DNA of 64,000 nucleotides. It comes from a virus. The notes under the pieces are model-generated. The model made no database searches. It was not told the DNA's origin and saw only the letters and a program-made list of their open reading frames with translations. Positions 7,718 through 16,700 of this stretch are shown in pieces (position 1 is the first letter of the stretch; each line of letters begins with the position of its first letter). Position numbers and translations under genes: made by a program. Location: positions 91,914 through 155,913 of the IMG/VR virus record IMGVR_UViG_3300035670_000022; one strand, given 5' to 3'.

Positions 7718-10700
7718 TAATCCTCGCCCTGCTCTATAGGTAGACTCTCTTCTTCTTCCAGCATACCTTCGGTAATCATGACGCGTTCAACTGCTGACAG
7801 GCTAGTATTATCGTCGTCGAACATAAAGTCACCTTCTGCTAGGATCGCCTCGAGAGATTCACCGGTATAGCCATCTGTGATGTCTATATCTTCTCCGTTG
7901 ATTGCTTCTGCAAGTGCTCTTCTTGATGCGGCAATGACATTATCTTTGACATTACTTACTGCCTGCACTGTCAGATCAAAAGCGGCGTCGTAGGTAAAGT
8001 CTGTTCCGGTAATTGGACGCTTGGTAACTACATTGGCTAGCGCCATACCTACAACCCCTCCCATTACTTCTAGTGCTCCCCTACCTAGGACACTGTCATC
8101 TCTTAGCAGTCTAGTGTTTTGCGCGAATTGGGATGAGGCATAGGCACCAGCTGTGTTCAATGCTTCAAACGCGACGGACTGAGCCAACCCGGCTGGTTTA
8201 CCTTCGGCACTAAACATGAACTCTCTAGCTCTAGCGACCCTTAACAGGTAGTTGGCTCTTCCTGTATTTCTCTCTGCGTCTTCCTGCTCTTTTTCTAAGT
8301 AGGAAGTTTGAGTCGGCTTTTCATCAACATCTGGTTCTATCGTTTGGGCTGTTCTAGCTGCAGTGCGGCGCTGCCGTTCAGTCCTTACTGTATCTCGTGT
8401 TAACGGCTCGTCAGGAGATATCGTGACTGGATTCTCTACTTGTCTGTTAGGGGGTCTTAAAGTTTCTGCTAACACTGTGCCGCTACCCTCGCCGCTTAAG
8501 ATTCTTTGAGTAACGCTTCCCTGTTGTTGACTTAAAGTTAAAGCGGATTCAATCATATTTCGAGCCAGCTCAGCTACTCGATCAGTTATAGGTACGTCGC
8601 CGCTCATGACACTAAAAAGAAGTGGAACGGCTAGTAGGGACAATGTGTTGCTACGCACCTGTTTCTGGTAAGCCTCTTCTTGAACCTTTGTTATATTCTG
8701 AGACTTCTTCTGCATATGCTGCGCTTTGATACTTTCTGCTACATTCTTCCCAATCTGCTCTTGAACGTCGTTCAGTGCTTGCGCTACTGGGTCGAAGTCT
8801 TCGTTAAGTCGGTTGACTGCCTCTTGCGGGTTGGACTGTACACTCTCTAGACGTTTTTGTCTTTCTTCCCTATATCGTTTGATTACATCAAGGGTCTCAG
8901 ATGCCTCTTCGTCTGAGGCGCCTTCCTGGATGCGCTGCCGCGCTTCAAGTTCTAGGTCATTTAAGGCAGCTAGTTCCTGTTGTATTTTGCTAGAACTGGC
9001 ACTGACCACACTTTTCTCTGCAATTATTTCTGCTACAGACTGTCTCTGAGTCGCTCCTGTTTCAACTTGTGTTGTTAAAATTTCTCCCAGAGTAACCAAA
9101 GACTGTCTTACTAACTCGTCTGCTCTTGATGTGTCCCCACCGGCTCTTTCTTGAGCCTGTTGTTGGATGAACTCCATTAAACCAGGCAGAGATGTACCGC
9201 CTCCAACTGCTAGTAAAGCACCTACTGCTTCTGCAGACCCACCTACGCTTTGAACTTCTGTCGCTAATCGGAAGATACTTTCGTTAAACGTCGTACCTTC
9301 TAGTTTGCCCCTAGAGATGTTGTATAAAATTGCTGTTTGAGCAATTTCATATTGTTGGGCTGTTCCCGGTGTCGCATATTGTCCGCTCTGTAGTCCTTGT
9401 ACCGCTCTATTTAAGGAGATTAGCTGGTCAAATAATCCAGCCTCTGTATCTGTCCCCACGTATATCTGAGCCTCGCGTTGAGTTTGATACTCAATCAGAG
9501 ATCTAAAGACCTCTTCGCCTAGTGTTGTGTTCGCATTACTGTCTGCTCTTGTTGCTGCGGCAGCAATAACGTCTCTTACTCGTTCTTGTTCTGCTCTCCA
9601 ACTTTGAGTCCTACTGTTTATGTCTGCTTCAACGTCTTTGGTAAGTTGACTAGCACCATCTGGCATTTGCTGCTCATATATTCCTCTTAGCGTCTCTTCA
9701 TAAGCAAGCGTTCTTGTTCGTAGATTTTCCTCTGAGTATCCGTCTTGTAGACGTTCAGCAAATTTCTGCAGCATTGGTTTGTAGTCTGCTGCTTCCAGCA
9801 CGGCGTTATAAATGAACTCGCTTCTGAATTTTGCCAGACTATCAGCCAGGGTGGTTTGAACAATAAACTCGTCAGTCGGAATCGGTCTATCTGGATCTTG
9901 CTCTATCATCTGTTCCTTTCTCTGTCTAAAGAAACCAGCAAAGGTGCTTTCTTTTAGCATCTCTGTCGCTGTTTTCTTGCCGCTCAGATACTCGTTGACC
10001 ATTTCTAGTGCTGCAAAGACTCGCAACTCTGAAGTGTCTAACTTGTTGTCGCTCACAACGACCTTTCCGTCTTCTTTAAATTCAAACCCGTAGTCTTGTG
10101 CTAAGACAGCCCCGGCTCTCGTACCTATGAAGCGTTCCATTACTTTAGACCGCTCTACTTCGTCTACGGTATTCATAATTGTGTCTAGTCCAACTAACGT
10201 CTTTCTTTCTCCTGATTGGGTCTCATAGGTATACTCAAATTCTGCAGCCTCCAAGGCAACAGACCCACCTTTCTTCGGTTTTAAGGCGGCGTCCCGCAGG
10301 AATTGTTGAACATCTAACAGTAAACCAAAAGTGGCATTAAGGCGCTTCTGTGTTTCTGCTTCGGCAATTTTATAGGGGACGGTTTGCTTGTCTTGATATT
10401 TTTGGAGCAGGTCATTAAAGATATCTAGCTGTGTTTGCGCCGCTGTTTGTTCTTTTGCTGTTTCTGCATTTTGCAGTCTTTGTCTTAGCACTAGCTGTTG
10501 TCGTTGCAGCGCTTCTACAAATGCTGTACCCATCTTGTCGTCTGTCCCATCGGCCGCCTCTTTCATTGCTCGCATAGAGGCTAGGTCTGACACTGCCATG
10601 CCTAATAGAGGCACCACTGTGTTGTATGTTTTACCAAGTAGTCCTGTACCTGTAGACCCAACGATGGCTTGGATGTTAGCAAAGGCGGAGGTGTTTAGTA

Positions 10701-13700
10701 AAGAACCAGCGACTTTGCTACTTACCTTACCTAAGTCTCCTAACGCTGCCAGTCTTTGACTCATTAAGGCGCTAAACTCAATTAACTTTTGGCTTTTCTC
10801 TTTGATTGATGCTTGGTTAAAAGACCGTAGCTCTGCGTCTGTTGAGTATTCGATAAAGTCTTTACCTACTTTATTGAGTGTCTCTGTATATGCCTGCTGC
10901 AGTTTATCATCGGCGGCACCTTCTCTAAACGTGATTCCTATATCTTGATTTAAAGTGATATCGCTGACTGTTGCTAAAGCTCGTCCCAAAGATGATTGGA
11001 CTTTATTTTGATTTCCATAGAAGTTAGCCTGCGTGTCTCTAGACTGTTTAATTAGAGACGGAATATCTTCATCAGTGATTGCGCCCACTCCGTAGGAAAG
11101 TCCTTCCATAAACTCAGCAGGTAACGCCATAAAGTCAGTAATGTAGTTACGGACTTTTTCGACACCTCTGTTTTCTACTTCTTGTCGGAGTTCAGCTAAG
11201 ACTTCTAACTTCTCTACATAGTCGTTGATTGTTTGTGTCAGTTTATTCAAAGATCGGGTTTGAGCGCCTACCGCAGACATTCTGATAATGCTGTGTGGCG
11301 CATCTTGGTTTTCTTCTGAGGCATAGAATTCTGCCTCTGCTTTTTTGACTTTGTCGAAGGCGTCAACAACTTCTCTTGTTGAGTCAGCCATTTTTGTAAA
11401 GGCTGCTTGGAAACTATCCCCGTCATAGTCCCCTAACTGGGTGAACTGGAATCCTAAGGACGAGATGAACATTCCAGTGTTTGATGTTGCTAGATCAGGA
11501 CTTTGTAAACTGCCGAACAGCTTGGCACGTTTAGCCATCTCTTCAGGAGATATCTGTTGATGAGCGTTCCCAAAAGTATGGAAGGTACCGCTAGGAGCCC
11601 CCTGTCTGTTAGCAGTTACCATGCTGCGGAATACCACCGATTCAAGTTGTTTATATCCGTCGTCTGTTGGCTCCCCTCCTATATCAGAGATCAGCGCTTC
11701 TTTTAGATCCTGCCCACGTACATAGCGACTTCTAGGCTCTTCTCTTGGTTTTGCTGCATTCTCACTTTCGACAGCTCCTGCTGCCTTTTTAGCGTTTGCT
11801 GCTTCTTCTGCTGCTTGAGCCGCCTGTTGCTCTTTTTGGAAAACAGGTTCTTTAACTCGTTCTAGTAAATCTTCATAGCTAAACGTTTTAGCATCTGGAC
11901 CCTGAATCACATCCGACAGGTTTTGCAGAATATTTGCGGTTAGCTGCGCATATTTAATGGTGCTCTGTACAATTCGGTTTTGGCTGTTTGGGTCAAGTAT
12001 CAAGTCGTTGACTAGTCGCTGACGATCTTCTCGAAGTCGGCTTATTTCTGCGGATGACTCTGGGTCTGTAGCTGCGCTCAACTCTGCTATGCGATTATCT
12101 ATTCTGACTGTTTCAGAAGACACTGCTTTTTGATGACTGTCTATTAAACGATCAACAATCGTGTCCATCAGCGTTCTAAGCCCAGAGCCGCTATTCTCTT
12201 TGAGAAGTGTATCTATTCTTGAGCCTAACGCTACCTCTGACTGACCGACTAAGAAACTGTTCATCGCAATAAACGAAGATCCTGTCAGACTTAGACGATC
12301 TGCCATAGTTTGTCTAAAGGTGTCTTTGTTTTTGGACAGATGTAATGTTTGCTCTTTTGCTATCTCAGCGCTATTAACTAAGGTGTTATACACGTCGAGC
12401 TGCTCAGCGGATAAGTTAACTTCACGTCTTTCCATAACAGCTTGAGCCATTTCTTCAAACAGACCCGTGTCGTTTGCTCTAGCTAAACTGTCCGCTAAAC
12501 CATATTGGGCTCTTAAAGCCTCATGGGTGTGTCCTGGAAATACTAAAGACATTCTCTCTAGAACGTCTAGTCCTAGCATCCAGCCTTCAATCTCAGTTTC
12601 AGGCATGATTTGCGCTTTGTATGTTCCTTCATCTGTTGGACTAGGCTGTATTTGCAGCACAGGAATCGTGACACTGTAGGTTTTGTCCACGGAGTCGATA
12701 ATGGAACGTGCTCTAGACTGTTCCTCTGTTGTGCCTAGTCCTGCTTCTAAGAACTGTCTGGCATACTCTCTTAACTTTTGCTTTCCTTGAATATATTCTT
12801 TACCTGGGTCTATATCCGCAGACTGCTTAAGTTTGGTATCGACTTCATTTTTAATTAGGTTATACAGAAGTCTCTCTTGGATCTCCGGCGCATCTTTAAT
12901 ATATGCAGATACTCGCTCTTCGATGCTCGTTAGATTGTTGATAAGAGTAGAGGTTTCGGAAAGTGTTTGAGACGCGGTTAGTCCTGTTTGTGTCTTGAGG
13001 ACTTCTTTGAATTTCTCTCTCAAAAGAAGCTGTACGAAAGCCGTACGCTTTGTATCTGCTGAGAGTCTTGTCAACTCTACTTCTGACAAGGAGCCCGTTC
13101 CGTCTCCTAACACTAGAGCCATCTCAGTAAATCCTAAACTGGCTAGCTCTAATTGATCTTCAACCGGTAGGGAGCGGATGGTTCCTTTTTGCTCTTTAAC
13201 AATTTTAGCTATATCCTCTTTTGTAGCGTTATCTGGAACGGCTATTTTTCTGGATTTAAGAATGGCGATCGCCCGCTTAGTTGTGTCAGGACTTAATTTG
13301 TCTGCCCAGTTTTCAATAGTTGCATCTGCTTCAGTAACCCCGGGGTCATTTTCAATGAGGGAGCTACTAAACATAGCTGCTTCCACCTCTTGTAGAGAAC
13401 TCAGCTGACTTAGGGCTCTGTCTGTTATACCGCTTAGTAAATCCTCTACTTGCCCACCGACTATAGTCTCGGAGTTTTTGAGACGACGTAAATAGTCTTT
13501 TGTAATAGCTCTGGCTCTTTCTGTTCGATCTAAGTTAGTTCTATCGCTAGAGACTCGTCTAGACCACTCCATTTGTTGAAGAGCAGATTCATATCCTTCT
13601 GCATCGCTGCGGATAAACTGAAAGAAAACTTCTTCTGCCGGAGCGATATCTTTAGCTCGGCTGCTTACATATCTAGGAAAGACGTTGTCTCTAGATCGAG

Positions 13701-16700
13701 CAGTAAAGTCTCCGTAAGACTGGCTAAAGGACAGGCTGAAGACGTTTGTCTCTACCTCTTGCTTGATTGCACGCCGCATTCTGTTACGTCTAGCTCTATC
13801 TCCGGCGGTTTGTGCATCGATTCCTGACTCAGATTCGTTTTCTAAGTCGGTGTAGTTTTTGTACCCCATTAAGATAGCGTTGGTTCTTCTGATGCTGTAC
13901 ATCTCGCTGACGTCTGATTGGTCTAGAGTTGTGCCTAGTCCTTCTTGCAGCATGCTGCCCAGAATAACCATGGTCTGTTGTAAAGACCTCGCTTTTTCTT
14001 TATCATCTCCGCTGTATGTATATAGCTGAAGCTGCTTATCAGTTAGAGCATTTGCGTAATGTCCTTCTAGAGCAGTGGTATCTTCCATACCTGTCGGCAC
14101 GGTGATTTTGTTGATGGTCATGTCAAAAGGCAGAGCCATTCTTAATCCGAACTGCCCCAGACCTCGCATCATTGTCAGAGTATTTTGCAGCTCGTTTTGT
14201 AGTGTTTCTAGCTCTGACGCTTCGGTATCTGTTCTAGAAGACTTGTCTTGCAGCTTCCAGATTCTTTCTATAGAAGGCATTTCTATCCCTAAAGCTAGGG
14301 TTTGCTGACGCACAGCTTTTCTGTATACGTTTGCCTCTTTGCCGTACTCTTGGTCTCTATAGAGTAAAAGACTCTCTGCGTCTAGTCCTCCATAATTCAT
14401 AAAGATCTCAGTCAAATTCTTTCTAATTCCAGGAGTATAGGCTTTACTCATAAACAGATCATTCTCAACGCCTGCGGCATTCATGAGCCCCTCTATCGAC
14501 TTATCCTTAAAGTCAATCGCCGTGTCGCTCATGTAGGCGATCGACTGCTTTTTCATTTCTTCTAGGCTTGATATCTTTCTTTCATGGACGGCTTTTTGCA
14601 TGGGATTTAACTGTCCTTTTTCGTTTTCTATGCCGAGTATGATTTTGTTAAAGACCGTGCTTATCTCTCTGTCGACTTTTCTAGCCACTTCTTCGTTCTT
14701 TAGATAGACCCCAAAGAAACCGTCTGTGTTGTACGCAATTTCTGTCACTGCTTTTCCTAACAAGCGGCGTTCCGGATTGATATCAGTTAATACGTCTTTT
14801 GCTGCATTTAGGAAGAAGGCCATTACGCTGGCTGATCGAGACTTGGTCTCGTCGTAGTAGTAACCTCCATCAGGCATCTGTTTCCCATACTGGTCTCTAG
14901 TCGTTTTAAAGAGATTTTCTGTTTTTTGTGCCAACTTAGCTCTGGCTGCATCACCTTCTTTTCCTGCTTTTAAAGCGGCGCCTATGGTATCTATAAGTGC
15001 TTGCTCTGGTGTCTTGCCACTTTCAACTTCTCCTTCATCTACAAGACTCATTATCCCTTCGTATACAGCTATAGTAGGCGCGAAGTCTCTTTGCAGTTTA
15101 TCGCTTTGGTTTTTCTGCGCCAGGTTTTTAGCTGATGCTGTTCCTTCTACTATCAGTTTTAGTGCTGATTGGGCTTGTCTTCTGTTGCTAATAGCGCCGC
15201 GCTCATAGGCCCCTTTAAGCAAAGCAGATATCTTATTCGTTTCTGTAGCACCACTTGTTGTGTCTCCTAGCATCATCAAGGATAATGCCTCTGCAATTTT
15301 GTATCCTGCTGTCTGTTGATCCGTATCTGTTATCATCTTCCAGGTGTTTGACTTTTCGCCTTCACGTAGAAAGCCTAATCCAGCCTTAAACACAAAGCCT
15401 TTCATCTGCCCCATAGTTATGGCTGCAAAAATCTCTTTGCCGGTAATCTCAGTTGGCAGATTTTCATAGCCGACTTCTGAGCCGTATACGGCTCCTATTT
15501 CAAGAAAGTAGTCTCTATTCGTTCCTTTAAACGGACCTTTAGCCTCTGCCGTCCGCTGGCCTGTTTTGAGATCCGCAATATTTACCATCTCTAAGTTATA
15601 GGTCACCATGTTTGACCTTAAATCCTGCTCACTAGACGTTGGCGTCTTATACAGGTAACTGATGGCATTCATCTCTCTTCCGCTATAAGCCGGGGCTTTA
15701 ACCCTAAAGGGTTGGATTCTAGACTTCTCTCCTAGACTTGTATAAGTATTAATACCATCTATGTAAAAGGCGTTCTCGCCGTCATTCAGGCTGCCTATTT
15801 TTTTAAGCCATCCATCTGTAGATGACTTCATTTGATAAACGCCTTTCTTGAGAACGAAGCCTCCTTCTCTAAAATCTACAGCTTCTGCAAAGGAAACGGA
15901 TTTATGCCCCTCTTGACTAAGTCGACGCATCTCTTTAAGCGCCTTCTTGATATCTGCCGATTTGAGATTCTCCATTGAGAAGTCTTTATCGATGCTGTAT
16001 TGCATCTCACCTATATCACTCGTGAGTTTTATGAAAGTCAGCACCTTATTTTCTAGTTGTCTATTTGTCTCGCTAAGGTGAGGCGCGTCTTGTAGTTTTA
16101 CGTCTCTAGCTACAAAGATAGTTCCCACTTGTAATTTTTCCCGTATGAGCGCATTAAACTGCGCCGGGGTCATATTCATCTCTTTAGTAGATAAAGCTGT
16201 TTGAGACCGGTAGGTTTTTAAATAGGCATTTTCATTCGAGTTTGCATACTCGGTGTTGAGATAGCTGTAATCAGACATCTCGTTGATGCCCATATTGACC
16301 ATTACAAGTTTGGGAGCCTCTATGAAACCCTGAGTCACTTCATCTGTATCTATGGCGATACTACGGGCATACTTGACTATGTCCGCGTCTGGATTCTCCA
16401 TTTGGTATTTTTTCAACAGCTCAAATTGAGCCGAAGGCAGACCGAAGGGTATTACCCCTCCTACAAGATCCGAGCCTTCTATATCTATACCCGCCTTAGC
16501 CGCTTCTTGGGTCTTCTGCATAAATCCACTTTCATCTTCAGCCCCAAAAGAGCGTAAGAAAGAGGCAAAGTCTAGGTTTGCAGGTAGAAACGGTCTGACT
16601 GACTTTAAGTTTTTAAGTCGTTGTATGTTTTGCTCAGTTTTGTCATAGGGGGTGTAAAGCATAACTGCCTTTTGTTTAACCCGATCCCAAGAGCCTTCTT

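Noticed and set aside
11416-11433. GDYDGD as a calcium-binding FG-GAP/EF-hand-like motif
   Set aside because: It is a single copy, not in a beta-propeller repeat, and is accompanied in order by other two-barrel RNAP motifs.
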